From contig JAMWCW010000002.1 of NCBI GenBank assembly GCA_023819145.1, positions 11,231 to 75,230 of the forward strand: 64,000 bases of DNA, given 5' to 3'. Position 1 is the stretch's first letter. Each line of letters starts with the position of its first letter. The translations under genes were made by a program, and so were the position numbers. Origin of the DNA: Candidatus Omnitrophota bacterium (GTDB lineage: Bacteria > Omnitrophota > Gorgyraeia > DTHP01). This document shows, piece after piece, positions 49,326 through 60,438 of the stretch. The notes beneath the pieces were generated by a model, which searched no databases, was not told the DNA's origin, and worked only from the letters and a program-made list of their open reading frames with translations.

Positions 49326-50447
49326 TTAGAGCTTACTCATTGTCCTATGCGGGTCAAAGGCATCCCTTAATCCATCTCCTAAGAGATTAAAAGCTGATAC
49401 GGTGATAAAAATAAATAGTCCAGGAATTAATATCCAAGGATGCCTCTGAATCTCGCTTATTGCCATTGCATCGGAAAGAAGATTACCCCAGCTGGCATAA
49501 GGGTCTTGTATCCCTAAACCAATCAAACTTAAAACCGATTCTCCTAAAATATAACCAGGGATAGAGAGCGTAATAGCTACAATAATATAAGAAAATAAAT
49601 TAGGTAGAATGTGACGATAGATGACCTTTATGTTGCTTAAGCCAGAGACACGCGCAGAAAGTACAAATTCTTTTTCTCTCAAAGAAAGAGCCATTCCTCT
49701 AATAACTCTTGCTAATCCTGCCCACCCAATAAAAGAAAGAATAACAACAATAAGAAAATAAATCTGCACTGAACTTAAACTAAGAGGAAAAGTTGCCCGT
49801 AGAGTAAGCATCAGATAAAAACCCGGAACCATCATGATAATCTCGCAGAGTCGCATAATAAAATTGTCGATTCTGCCCCCAAAATATCCGGCAATTCCTC
49901 CCATAAACATCCCTAAGAAGAAACTGATACTTACCCCTACTAAACCAATAGAAAGCGAGATTCTTGCCCCATGTAAGATACGAGAAAATAAATCTCGCCC
50001 ACGACTATCTGCTCCAAAGAGATAAATTCTTGCCGGCTCACTTACACCAAAGAGATGAACCCTGGTTTTAAAAATCCCTAATAATTTATATTCATCTCCT
50101 TTATAGAAAAGTCTTAGGGGATAAATCTGCGTCCTGTCTTCATAATAAATACGGCGATAAAAATCGTCAAATTTCTGTTGGTATCTGTAAATGTAAAAAT
50201 ATAGCCGACTCTTTTCTTTTGCAAAATATATCTTTGTGGGAGGATGATAAGAATTTTCTCTCTTTTCATTATCGAAATTATAGGGGGCAAAAAAATCTGC
50301 AAAGATTGCAAGAATATAAAGAACAACCAACATCCAGAAACCCCATATCGCTATACGATGCTTTTTAAAACGATAAAGGGCAATCTGAAATGGAGTCTTT
50401 GTTTTACTTCGGATTTCGGACTTCGGATTTCGGATTTGTTTATTCAT
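49326..50447 (-). CDS. oligopeptide ABC transporter permease (OppC-type) with repeat-encoded N-terminal extension
   Basis: BPD-transporter permease core. The N-terminus MNKQIRNPKSEIRSKTK is encoded by a heptanucleotide repeat. Confidence 0.9.
   Translation of the reverse strand: MNKQIRNPKSEIRSKTKTPFQIALYRFKKHRIAIWGFWMLVVLYILAIFADFFAPYNFDNEKRENSYHPPTKIYFAKEKSRLYFYIYRYQQKFDDFYRRIYYEDRTQIYPLRLFYKGDEYKLLGIFKTRVHLFGVSEPARIYLFGADSRGRDLFSRILHGARISLSIGLVGVSISFFLGMFMGGIAGYFGGRIDNFIMRLCEIIMMVPGFYLMLTLRATFPLSLSSVQIYFLIVVILSFIGWAGLARVIRGMALSLREKEFVLSARVSGLSNIKVIYRHILPNLFSYIIVAITLSIPGYILGESVLSLIGLGIQDPYASWGNLLSDAMAISEIQRHPWILIPGLFIFITVSAFNLLGDGLRDAFDPHRTMSKL
50406..50437. repeat. ATTTCGG tandem heptanucleotide repeat at 5' end of oppC-type permease gene
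   Basis: acttcggatttcggacttcggatttcggattt. Its reverse complement is nearly identical (30/32) to the valS copy at 20942-20979. Confidence 0.8.
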
Positions 50448-51411
50448 ATCTTATCCGTGGGTCAAACCAAGCAAGTAAAACATCGGCAACTAAATTCCCT
50501 ATAATAAGCATAACTCCGCTGATGAGCATGGTTCCCATCACCAAATATATATCTTGACTTCTTACTGCACTAAGCATAACCGACCCCAATCCTGGCCAGT
50601 TACAGATTATCTCTGTTAAGGCTGCACCACTCAAAATATCCGAAAGGTGATATCCAAAAATGGTTATGAGAGGATTAATCGCATTTTTCAAAGCATGGGT
50701 ATATAAAACTCTTCTCTCCGGTAATCCTTTCGCACGCGCTGTGAGAATGTAACGTTGACGCAATACCTCCAGCATATTACCCCGCATAATTCTCTGTAAA
50801 GAAGCAATCGCGCCTAAGGAAACTACTATCGTAGGAATAGCGAGGTGTTTAAGGATATCAATTATCTTAATAAAGAAATTAAACTCTTCAAAATTAGCCG
50901 AGCGCATACCTCCTGTAGGAAATATTCCGGTAAGACTGGCAATAAACAATAGGAGTATGGCGAGAAAAAAGCTCGGAATAGACAAACCAATAAAAGAAAA
51001 AGCAGAAAATAATCTATCCCAGAAGCGATACTGCTTTATGGCACAAAATATGCCCAAAGGGATAGCAATTAACCAAGTAAATAAAAGACTCGAAAAAGAC
51101 AAAAGCAAAGTATTCCCAATCCTACTTTTTATTACCTTAGTAACAGGATTCTTCTGGGTAAAAGAGTAACCTAAGTCTAATTTAAGTATATTTTTTAACC
51201 AACAAAGATACTGAATTATCCACGGTTTATCGAGCTGATACTGAACCTCATACATTCTAATCGTTTCCGGAGAAATTTGAGGATTAAGCCTCAGTGTGTC
51301 AAAATAGTCTCCCGGCGCGAGTTGAATAAATAGAAAAGTAATGAAGGAAATTGCCAATAGTAAAGGAAAGGAAATAAGCAAACGTCTTAAAATATATGTT
51401 CTCATCCTCAA
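50440..51411 (-). CDS. oligopeptide ABC transporter permease (OppB-type)
   Basis: 6-TM permease with conserved ABC permease EAA-like loop (ARAKGLPERRVLYTHALKNA). Confidence 0.9.
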   Translation of the reverse strand: MRMRTYILRRLLISFPLLLAISFITFLFIQLAPGDYFDTLRLNPQISPETIRMYEVQYQLDKPWIIQYLCWLKNILKLDLGYSFTQKNPVTKVIKSRIGNTLLLSFSSLLFTWLIAIPLGIFCAIKQYRFWDRLFSAFSFIGLSIPSFFLAILLLFIASLTGIFPTGGMRSANFEEFNFFIKIIDILKHLAIPTIVVSLGAIASLQRIMRGNMLEVLRQRYILTARAKGLPERRVLYTHALKNAINPLITIFGYHLSDILSGAALTEIICNWPGLGSVMLSAVRSQDIYLVMGTMLISGVMLIIGNLVADVLLAWFDPRIRYE

Positions 51412-51430
51412 TACTGTTACTGAATACTGG

Positions 51431-53185
51431 CTATTTAATATAGATTTCCTCTATATTATGAAAAGCCCCACCATAAGAGGTTGGATAGAGATTGCCGAAT
51501 TTGTTCCTCACGGCAAAAATATTGAAAGGTAATACCGTATAAATTAAAGGTAAATTCTCAGAAACAATCAATTGCCATTCATCATACAATTTTTTTCTCT
51601 TTTCTTTATCTAATTCCTGAACCGCCTGGGTAAATATTTCATCAATTCTCTTCTCCCAATCTGTAGCGGGCTTTTCTTGCCGGGGGTACCAGAGATGAAG
51701 CTGCCCCCATGAATACCAAACATTTGCACCAAAGTGTGGTTCAATTCCTCCGGTTAATCCCAGGACTATAGCATCCCAATCAAAAGTGGAATCAAGTTTA
51801 GAAACCAAAAGATTAAATTCTAAAGGCATAAAATTAACCTTGAATCCAATCTTCTCGAAGTCCTTACGAATAAGCTGAGCAATTTTAACGCGTTCATTAT
51901 TCCCTGCATTTGTATATAGACTAAACTCCACGCGATTACCTTCTCTATCTTCTAAAAAACCATCACCATCACGGTCAACAAATCCTTCCTCTCTTAAAAT
52001 CATTTTTGCTTTTTCTATATTGTATTCGTATTTCTTAACGTAAGGATTATAAAAGAATCCTGAAGATGGGCTCAATGGTCCATCTTGTGCAATACCTAAA
52101 CCATTAAGCACAATATTAATCATCGATTCCTTATCCAGAACATGGGCTACCGCTTCTCGGAATCTTCTATTGGTAAACCAATTTATCTTTTTGGGTTCAA
52201 CAAATGGCTTTCCTGTCTGGGGGTTAATGCTTCTGTTCTGATTAAATACCAGATAATTCTCTCCAAAAACAGGGCCAGTATTAAAAATCGTAAAATTCCC
52301 TTCTTTCTCTTTGGGTTTTAAAAGGGGGTAATCCTCTCCACGCAAACTATAGTAATCAATTATCCCTTCTTTAAATTTAAGAAAAGCAGTATCCTGACTC
52401 TGAACAATAAGAAAAACTATCTTTTCTAAATAAGGAAGACGTTTACCTTCTCTATCCTTCCTCCAATATAAAGCATTCCTTTCAAGAATTACTTTCTCGC
52501 CGGGAAGATATTTTACCAATTTAAAAGGGCCAGTCCCTACAATCTGTTCAGGCGGAGTGTCTAAACCCCATGTAAAATTAAATCTTCCTTCCTTTAACGG
52601 TCTATGGAGAATATGTTTAGGCAGAATCTCCTGTCCCATCCCCATCAAAAAAGGCGCAAACCTTTTGGGTAAATCAAATCTAACTTCATAATCACTAAAT
52701 TTATCTACCTTTATCAACTGCCCATCAATGGTAAAGATATCTCTTGCACTGGTAGGTATCTTGGGATTGTAGATCAATTCATTAAAAGTAAAAACCACAT
52801 CCTCAGCAGTAAATTTCTCTCCATCGTGCCAGAAAACATCTTTGCGCAATTTAAAAATATAAGTAAGCCCATCATTTTCTATCCTCCAAGATTCTGCCAA
52901 ATTTGGTTCCACATCCAAGGTAATTCCATTTACCCTTGTAAGTCCCTCAAAAATTAATCCTGTGATAACCGTAGTTGAAGTCTCTTTAGCTACAATGGGG
53001 TTAAAAGATTTTGGGTCGGCAATAGTTGCTAAAATAAGACTCCCGCCATAAGATCCGATGGAAGGAATGTAATTTTGAGGAAGCGGTGATGATAAATTTT
53101 TCTTACTGGAAGGGACAGAACCTTTTTCTACACTACAGCCCAAAAGGAATAAAAGAGACAATACTTCAATAATCCTTCTGTACAT
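51431..53185 (-). CDS. ABC transporter substrate-binding protein, family 5 (oligopeptide-binding, OppA-like) lipoprotein
   Basis: Signal peptide plus lipobox (LLGCS), SBP_bac_5 architecture. 584 aa. Confidence 0.85.
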   Translation of the reverse strand: MYRRIIEVLSLLFLLGCSVEKGSVPSSKKNLSSPLPQNYIPSIGSYGGSLILATIADPKSFNPIVAKETSTTVITGLIFEGLTRVNGITLDVEPNLAESWRIENDGLTYIFKLRKDVFWHDGEKFTAEDVVFTFNELIYNPKIPTSARDIFTIDGQLIKVDKFSDYEVRFDLPKRFAPFLMGMGQEILPKHILHRPLKEGRFNFTWGLDTPPEQIVGTGPFKLVKYLPGEKVILERNALYWRKDREGKRLPYLEKIVFLIVQSQDTAFLKFKEGIIDYYSLRGEDYPLLKPKEKEGNFTIFNTGPVFGENYLVFNQNRSINPQTGKPFVEPKKINWFTNRRFREAVAHVLDKESMINIVLNGLGIAQDGPLSPSSGFFYNPYVKKYEYNIEKAKMILREEGFVDRDGDGFLEDREGNRVEFSLYTNAGNNERVKIAQLIRKDFEKIGFKVNFMPLEFNLLVSKLDSTFDWDAIVLGLTGGIEPHFGANVWYSWGQLHLWYPRQEKPATDWEKRIDEIFTQAVQELDKEKRKKLYDEWQLIVSENLPLIYTVLPFNIFAVRNKFGNLYPTSYGGAFHNIEEIYIK

Positions 53186-53544
53186 TATTGATTCGGCGAA
53201 GCATTCTCCTGTATTGGGGAAGGAACTTCTTGGCTACTTTCTACCGGAGGAACGGACTTTTCTCCTACTACTTCTTTCTTAACTTCTCCCTGTTTTAAAC
53301 GTTCCATAATGGAAGTGGTCCTTTTGCCAGAGATAATGGCTATACCTAAACTGGCAATCAAAAATATCGTTGCGGAAATTGCCGTTATACGCGTAATCAA
53401 TGTCCCTGCTCTTGTCCCAAAGATAGTCTGTGCTTGCCCACCAAACGTTTCAGAAAGCCCATAACCTTTGCCAGGCTGAATTAGAATAAGAAAAATGAGA
53501 AAGACGCATACAATAACATGAACAGCAATAATTAATCCTAACAT
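53185..53544 (-). CDS. secG: preprotein translocase subunit SecG
   Basis: LIFLILIQPGKGYGLSETFGG is a canonical SecG motif. Confidence 0.85.
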   Translation of the reverse strand: MLGLIIAVHVIVCVFLIFLILIQPGKGYGLSETFGGQAQTIFGTRAGTLITRITAISATIFLIASLGIAIISGKRTTSIMERLKQGEVKKEVVGEKSVPPVESSQEVPSPIQENASPNQ

Positions 53545-53587
53545 CCTTCCTCCTTCGCTGGGAATATTATTTTAAAACCTATAAATC

Positions 53588-54367
53588 TCATGCGCCTTTA
53601 AGCTGATTAATCGCTTGAGATTTTTTTATAATCTCTGTAAAAGAAACTAAATCCAAACTTGCTCCTCCCACCAAAGCGCCATCCACATCTTTTTCCCTGA
53701 TTAAATCTTCAATATTATCAGGTTTAACGCTACCTCCATACTGAATCCTGATGCCTTCCGCAATATCTTTACCAAAAATTTTATTCAGAAAATCCCTGAT
53801 ATAGCTATGGACTTCTTCTGCTTGAGAGGCAGTAGCATTTATTCCTGTTCCTATTGCCCATACCGGTTCATAAGCAATCACCAAGTCCGAAGGTTCTTGC
53901 ACTTCTATGCCTCCTAAACCATTTTCTAAATGGTCTTTGACAACTTCAAAAGTTTCACCCCTTTTTCTCTCTTCAAGAGTTTCTCCTACGCATACAATGG
54001 GAATCAGTTTATACTTTAAAGCCGATTTAACTTTTCTGTTCACTGTTTCGTTAGTTTCCCCAAAAAACTGTCTTCTTTCCGAATGTCCTATAATCACATA
54101 TTCAACTCCTAAATCCTTTAACATTAACGGAGAAATCTCGCTGGTAAAAGCGCCTTTATCTTCCCAGTGCATATCCTGCGCACCCAGTTTAATCTGAGAA
54201 TCCCTAATAACTTCCTCTACTTCTGACAAAACCGTATAAGGAGGACAAACAACAATATCCATTTCCATCTCATCAATAAAATTCCTTTTAAGGCCATTTA
54301 CTAAATCTATTGCCTCTGTAACAGTTTTGTGCATCTTCCAGTTTCCGGCAATTATTGGTCGTCTCAT
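53588..54367 (-). CDS. tpiA: triosephosphate isomerase
   Basis: IAGNWKMHKT, IIGHSERR, AYEPVWAIGTG motifs. Confidence 0.95.
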   Translation of the reverse strand: MRRPIIAGNWKMHKTVTEAIDLVNGLKRNFIDEMEMDIVVCPPYTVLSEVEEVIRDSQIKLGAQDMHWEDKGAFTSEISPLMLKDLGVEYVIIGHSERRQFFGETNETVNRKVKSALKYKLIPIVCVGETLEERKRGETFEVVKDHLENGLGGIEVQEPSDLVIAYEPVWAIGTGINATASQAEEVHSYIRDFLNKIFGKDIAEGIRIQYGGSVKPDNIEDLIREKDVDGALVGGASLDLVSFTEIIKKSQAINQLKGA

Positions 54368-54442
54368 AATTTTATTGTTAAATTGTCAAATTACCTTGTG
54401 TATTTAACGCTCAGCAAACAATTTATTATATTAGTGTATAAA

Positions 54443-55627
54443 TTATTTATCCCTAAGGCTAGCAATACCCGGCAAAACCTTACCTTCCATATATTCTAAA
54501 GAAGCTCCTCCCCCTGTAGAAACGTGAGTCATCTTTTCTTCCACTCCGAATTTTGCCACCGCAGAAGCAGTATCTCCCCCGCCCACTACGGTAATGGCAG
54601 AAAGGCCGGCTATAAAAAGAGCAATTTCTTTTGTTCCTTTACTAAAGGAATCAGTTTCAAAAATACCCAAAGGACCGTTCCAAGCAATGGTTTGAGCATT
54701 TTTAAGAACCTTTTTGAACGCATCAATAGTTTTTTCTCCTATGTCTACTCCTAACCATCCCTCAGGAATATTGGAATCTTTTGTGTTTAACGTTTTAGCA
54801 TTAGGTTCAATTTTATCGGCAATGAGATGGTCAGAGGGAAGCACTAAATTCTTCTTTAAATTATTCGCCTTTTCCAGAATCTTTTTAGCAAGTTCAATCT
54901 TATCTTTCTCAAATTTCGAATTTCCTATATTTATGTCTTTTGCCTTAAGAAAGGTATAAGCCATCGCCCCTCCGATAAGAATCGCATCCGCCTTGGGTAA
55001 AAGATGCTCAATAACTCCTATTTTGTCCGAAACCTTTGCTCCTCCAAGAATAACTACAAAAGGTCTTCTGGGATTAGCCAAAGCCTCACCTAAATATTTA
55101 ATCTCTTTCTCTAACAAAAATCCTGCGGCGGATGTAAGATAATGCGTTACACCCTCTGTAGAAGCATGCGCACGATGACAGGTTCCAAAAGCATCGTTAA
55201 CAAATAAATCTCCCAATGCAGCAAGCTGTTTGGCAAAACCAGAGTCGTTCTTCTCTTCTTCAGGATGAAATCTTAAATTCTCAAGAAGAATTATTTTTTC
55301 TGCAGACTCTTTAATTTCCTTTTTAGTCAAATCTCCAACACAGTCATCAAGTTTTTTTACCCTTATTCCTAACAACTCTTCCAATCTTTTTGCTACAGGA
55401 TTTAGTCTTAATTCTTCCTTTACCTTACCATCTGGCCTACCTAAATGGCTCATGAGAATTATCTTCTTTGCACCATTATCTAAAGCATATTTTATCGTAG
55501 GCAGGGCCGCTCTAATTCTTATGTCGTCGGTAACATTTAATTTCTCATCTAAAGGCACATTAAAATCCACGCGCATCAAGACCAACTTATCTTTCAAATC
55601 TAAATCTCTGATTGTTAATTTTGCCAT
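54443..55627 (-). CDS. pgk: phosphoglycerate kinase
   Basis: VDFNVP, MSHLGRP, ILGGAKVSDKI, GGGDTA motifs. Confidence 0.95.
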   Translation of the reverse strand: MAKLTIRDLDLKDKLVLMRVDFNVPLDEKLNVTDDIRIRAALPTIKYALDNGAKKIILMSHLGRPDGKVKEELRLNPVAKRLEELLGIRVKKLDDCVGDLTKKEIKESAEKIILLENLRFHPEEEKNDSGFAKQLAALGDLFVNDAFGTCHRAHASTEGVTHYLTSAAGFLLEKEIKYLGEALANPRRPFVVILGGAKVSDKIGVIEHLLPKADAILIGGAMAYTFLKAKDINIGNSKFEKDKIELAKKILEKANNLKKNLVLPSDHLIADKIEPNAKTLNTKDSNIPEGWLGVDIGEKTIDAFKKVLKNAQTIAWNGPLGIFETDSFSKGTKEIALFIAGLSAITVVGGGDTASAVAKFGVEEKMTHVSTGGGASLEYMEGKVLPGIASLRDK

Positions 55628-55690
55628 ACATTTCCCTTTCGTGGTAGATTTTGTTTTTTTGCGTTAATCTTTTAAACTTTTTCGCGAATT

Positions 55691-56734
<1,044 letters not shown>

Positions 56735-56742
56735 TCAACTAT

Positions 56743-57744
56743 TTAACTAATCTTTACTTCTCGGAGATATTTTGCTGCATGGGAAGGCCGCATAGGATTT
56801 ATATAGAAACCCGTCCCCCATTCAAAACCAGCAAGGCGGGTCAGTTTAGGCATGAACTCCAGGTGCCAATGATAGTCCTCTCTTTCCATCCCTTCCAAAG
56901 GTGAGGTATGGATAATAAAATTGAAGGAAGGATCACGGAGCACTATTTTTGCTCGTTTAAGCATCTCGCGGAGGATATTCGCAAAACTTATTACCTCTTC
57001 TCTTTGTATATATGAGAAATCTGATTCATGTTCTTTGGGTATAATCCAGAATTCAAAAGGGAAACAGGAAACAAAAGGAGCGAAAGCAATAAAATGTTTA
57101 TTTTCCATAATTATCCTTTTTTCGTCTTGCAATTCCTGTCTTATCATATCGCAGAATACACACCGTTCACGGTACTCAAAATACTTCTGCGAACCGCGTA
57201 ATTCCTCTTGCACTCGTTTAGGAACAACCGGTAAAGCAATAAGTTGAGAATGGGGATGTTCCAAAGAAGCCCCAGCACTCTTCCCATAATTCTTAAAAAT
57301 AAGAATATATTTAAATCGTTTATCTCCCCGTAAATCAATGCTCCGATTACGATAACACCAGATAACTCTCTCAACTTCGTGGTCCTGTAAATCAGCAATT
57401 TCGCGATTGTGGTCTGGATTTTCTATAATTACCTCATGAGCACCAATACCATTGCTTAAATCATAAACTCCTATTCCTCGTTTATTCAAACCACCTTCTA
57501 TTTGAAGTGCAGGAAACTTATTAGGAACGACGCGTGTAAGCCAACCGGGGGTATCTGGACTAGTTGCCCCTTCACGGTGGGCAATTATTTCTGGAGGAGT
57601 CATTGTTTCATTTCCCGGACAAAAAGGACAAACTCCTTTACCTCTCACATGAGTTTCAACTTCAAAATCTTCAGGGGTGCATTCTTTTTCATTACCAATA
57701 ATCACCCATCTTCCTGTAACCGGATCTCTTCTTAATTCTGCCAT
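56743..57744 (-). CDS. GalT-like HIT-superfamily nucleotidyltransferase (galactose-1-phosphate uridylyltransferase family), catalytic motif intact
   Basis: N-terminal Zn ligands CPFCPGNE, His in GAHEV, intact catalytic HPHSQ (HxHxQ) motif. 333 aa. Confidence 0.75.
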   Translation of the reverse strand: MAELRRDPVTGRWVIIGNEKECTPEDFEVETHVRGKGVCPFCPGNETMTPPEIIAHREGATSPDTPGWLTRVVPNKFPALQIEGGLNKRGIGVYDLSNGIGAHEVIIENPDHNREIADLQDHEVERVIWCYRNRSIDLRGDKRFKYILIFKNYGKSAGASLEHPHSQLIALPVVPKRVQEELRGSQKYFEYRERCVFCDMIRQELQDEKRIIMENKHFIAFAPFVSCFPFEFWIIPKEHESDFSYIQREEVISFANILREMLKRAKIVLRDPSFNFIIHTSPLEGMEREDYHWHLEFMPKLTRLAGFEWGTGFYINPMRPSHAAKYLREVKIS

Positions 57745-57839
57745 ATTCCCATCCTTTTAAATATCGACCTTCTAATTCTCTATTTAACTATTTCACTCTT
57801 TACCTACTCGACTATTCAACTAATTCCAATCAACTAATT

Positions 57840-58868
57840 TCAAGCAATTTCCAATTCTCTGAGATATTTTGCTGCCTCTTCCGGGGGAGTGGGATTGATA
57901 TAAAATCCCGAACCCCATTCAAAACCCGCGACCCGCGTGAGACGAGGGATTATTTCAATATGCCAGTGATAGTCCTCATCCAAAGTTTTCCAATATCCTG
58001 GCTTTTTAGGTATTCTAAAGGGCGCGGTATGAATTATGTAATTATAAGGTGGGTCATTAAGTGCCTTTTTAAGCTTAGTTAACACCTGTTTCATTACTTT
58101 AGCCAAATCAAAAACTTCCTGCCTTTTTAAAGTGATAAAATCCGCAGAATGATTTTTGGGAATAACCCACGTCTCAAAAGGAAAACGCGCCGCAAAAGGA
58201 GTAAAAGCAACTATACCATCGGATTCCATTACAATTCTTTCTCCGGAATCAAGTTCCTGTCTAATAACATCGCAAAATATACATCTCTCTTTAAATTCAA
58301 AATATGTCCTTGCGCCCAAAAGTTCCTCTTTTACTCGTTTAGGATTAACTGGCATCGCCATCAATTGTGAACGCGTATGTTTTACCCTTCCACCCCCCGC
58401 ACTCCATCCATAGTTCTTAAATACAAGCACATATTTAAAACGTAAATCTTTTCCTAAATCAGTTACTCGCTCAATGTAAGCAAGAAAAACCTTGGCAATT
58501 TGTTCTTCAGAAATATCCGCCATATTGGCAATGTGCTGAGGAGTTTCAATCACTACTTCATGCGCCCCTACTCCGTGCATTACATCATACATCCCTCTAC
58601 CCTGTCGATTAATATTCCCTTCAATCCGCAAAATAGGAGCAATACTCGGAACAACTCTCACATCCCAGCCTGATTTATTCCTTTGTGTGTTTGGCTTGCG
58701 GAAAGCAAAAATCTCAGGAGGCGTATGTTCTTCATTTCCTTCACAAAATGGACAACCATCTTCGGAAGGCTCTTCCTGTAAAGAAACAAAATCGTGGGGT
58801 CTCTTTGCTCTTTCGGTAGCAATAATTACCCATCTTCCAATAATAGGGTCTTTACGCAGTTCTGGCAT
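57840..58868 (-). CDS. GalT-like paralog with degenerate catalytic motif (HPHxQ replaced by HTRSQ), predicted pseudoenzyme or altered specificity
   Basis: ~50% identical by eye to the preceding ORF. It retains CPFCEGNE and GAHEV, but has KHTRSQ where the HPH nucleophile motif should be. Confidence 0.7.
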   Translation of the reverse strand: MPELRKDPIIGRWVIIATERAKRPHDFVSLQEEPSEDGCPFCEGNEEHTPPEIFAFRKPNTQRNKSGWDVRVVPSIAPILRIEGNINRQGRGMYDVMHGVGAHEVVIETPQHIANMADISEEQIAKVFLAYIERVTDLGKDLRFKYVLVFKNYGWSAGGGRVKHTRSQLMAMPVNPKRVKEELLGARTYFEFKERCIFCDVIRQELDSGERIVMESDGIVAFTPFAARFPFETWVIPKNHSADFITLKRQEVFDLAKVMKQVLTKLKKALNDPPYNYIIHTAPFRIPKKPGYWKTLDEDYHWHIEIIPRLTRVAGFEWGSGFYINPTPPEEAAKYLRELEIA

Positions 58869-58996
58869 TTTTATTTCCTTTCTTTTAAATTAAGATGTTC
58901 ATTATAGCAATATTTTTATAAATTGCAAGTATAAATTTTAATAAGACGAATTATATAGACTAACATACTGATTAAACAGATTCAAATAAAAAACAA

Positions 58997-59929
58997 TTAG
59001 GTTAATAATTCTCCTTTCCCCAATTGATGTCCAAGAAGAAATTTCTCTGCAGACATTCTCTTTCCGCCCTCCAGTTGTAATTCTTTTATCAAAATCCCTC
59101 CCTGTCCCGTCTTAACTATGAAACCGTCCTTATTGATATCAACTATCTCTCCGTATTGGGCGTCTAAAAAACTGCCCTCTACCACTTGTGTTTTCCATAT
59201 TTTAAGAAGTTTATTATGCCATCGGCAAAAACTTCCCGGCCAAGGAACGAGTGCTCTTGTCTGGTTATATATCTTTACTGCTGGGTTATTCCAATCTATT
59301 CTTCCATCTTCTTTTTTAAGCAAAGGAGCAAAACTAACTTCATTTTCATCCTGAGGTATTAAAACCGCTCTCCCTTCTTCTATCAAATCTATCGCTTCTT
59401 TTAACAATCTTGCACCTTCTTTGCTTAATCTCTCCCCCAGGGTAATTGCATCTTCATTTTCAAAAATAGCAATTCTCTTCTGAAGAATTATTTCCCCCGC
59501 ATCCATTCTCTCAGTTACTTTAAAGATACTCAAACCTGTTTCTTGTTCTCCATTTAATATCGCCCAGTTTATAGGAGCCGCTCCTCTATAGCGGGGTAAA
59601 AGTGAAGCGTGCAGATTAATTGTATAAAATTTGGGAATGGCGAGAATTTCGCGGGGTAAAATCTTTCCGTAAGAAACTATTACAAAAAGGTCTGCTTTCT
59701 TTTCCTCTAAATATTCTATGAACTCCCTGCTTCTGATGTCCTCGGGTTGAACTACTTCTAGACGCAAGACTACCGCTTTGGTCTTTACCGGCGGAGGTTT
59801 TAATTCCAGATGTCTTCCTTGTTTTTTATCAGGTTGTGTCACTACCGACAAAATCTCATGCCCACTACAACTAACCTCTTCCAGACTGGGAGTCGCAAAA
59901 TGGGAAGTTCCCCAGAAGATAATCTTCAT
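58997..59929 (-). CDS. fmt: methionyl-tRNA formyltransferase
   Basis: MKIIFWGTSHFA N-terminus, HASLLPRYRGAAPI motif, C-terminal domain. Confidence 0.95.
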   Translation of the reverse strand: MKIIFWGTSHFATPSLEEVSCSGHEILSVVTQPDKKQGRHLELKPPPVKTKAVVLRLEVVQPEDIRSREFIEYLEEKKADLFVIVSYGKILPREILAIPKFYTINLHASLLPRYRGAAPINWAILNGEQETGLSIFKVTERMDAGEIILQKRIAIFENEDAITLGERLSKEGARLLKEAIDLIEEGRAVLIPQDENEVSFAPLLKKEDGRIDWNNPAVKIYNQTRALVPWPGSFCRWHNKLLKIWKTQVVEGSFLDAQYGEIVDINKDGFIVKTGQGGILIKELQLEGGKRMSAEKFLLGHQLGKGELLT

Positions 59930-60423
59930 CGTCTGTTTCTCTTGAACTTTTTCAAAAGACGGAATCGTTTCAGAGCACCAATGCGGTCAATAAACAAAAC
60001 TCCATCTAAGTGGTCCGTTTCATGTTGAATAATGCGTGCCAAAATACCTTCGGCATTAATAATTCTTTCTCTGCCTTCTAAATCTTCAAATTTCAAAACC
60101 ACTTTTTTGCTTCTTTTTACTTCTGCTGAAACCCCCGGCAGGCTAAGGCAACCTTCAGTAAGGACTTCTTTAGCTAAAGACTTTTCTAAAATGCGCGGAT
60201 TAACAATCACTAATTCTTTACCTCGTTCTCCACTAGAATTGGCAATAAATATTCTTTTACTAACCCCTACCTGTGGAGCAGCTAAACCCACCCCATCTGA
60301 AACATACATCGTATCTATCATATCCTTAATCAACTTCCTATCCTCATCGTTAATTTTTGTCACTACCATCGCTTTTTTTCTCAACACACTATCCGGAAAC
60401 ACAATAATTCTTAATATTGCCAT
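59926..60423 (-). CDS. def: peptide deformylase
   Basis: GVGLAAPQVG, EGCLSLPG, HETDHLDG motifs. Confidence 0.95.
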   Translation of the reverse strand: MAILRIIVFPDSVLRKKAMVVTKINDEDRKLIKDMIDTMYVSDGVGLAAPQVGVSKRIFIANSSGERGKELVIVNPRILEKSLAKEVLTEGCLSLPGVSAEVKRSKKVVLKFEDLEGRERIINAEGILARIIQHETDHLDGVLFIDRIGALKRFRLLKKFKRNRR

Positions 60424-60438
60424 AGTCTCTATCTTTTT

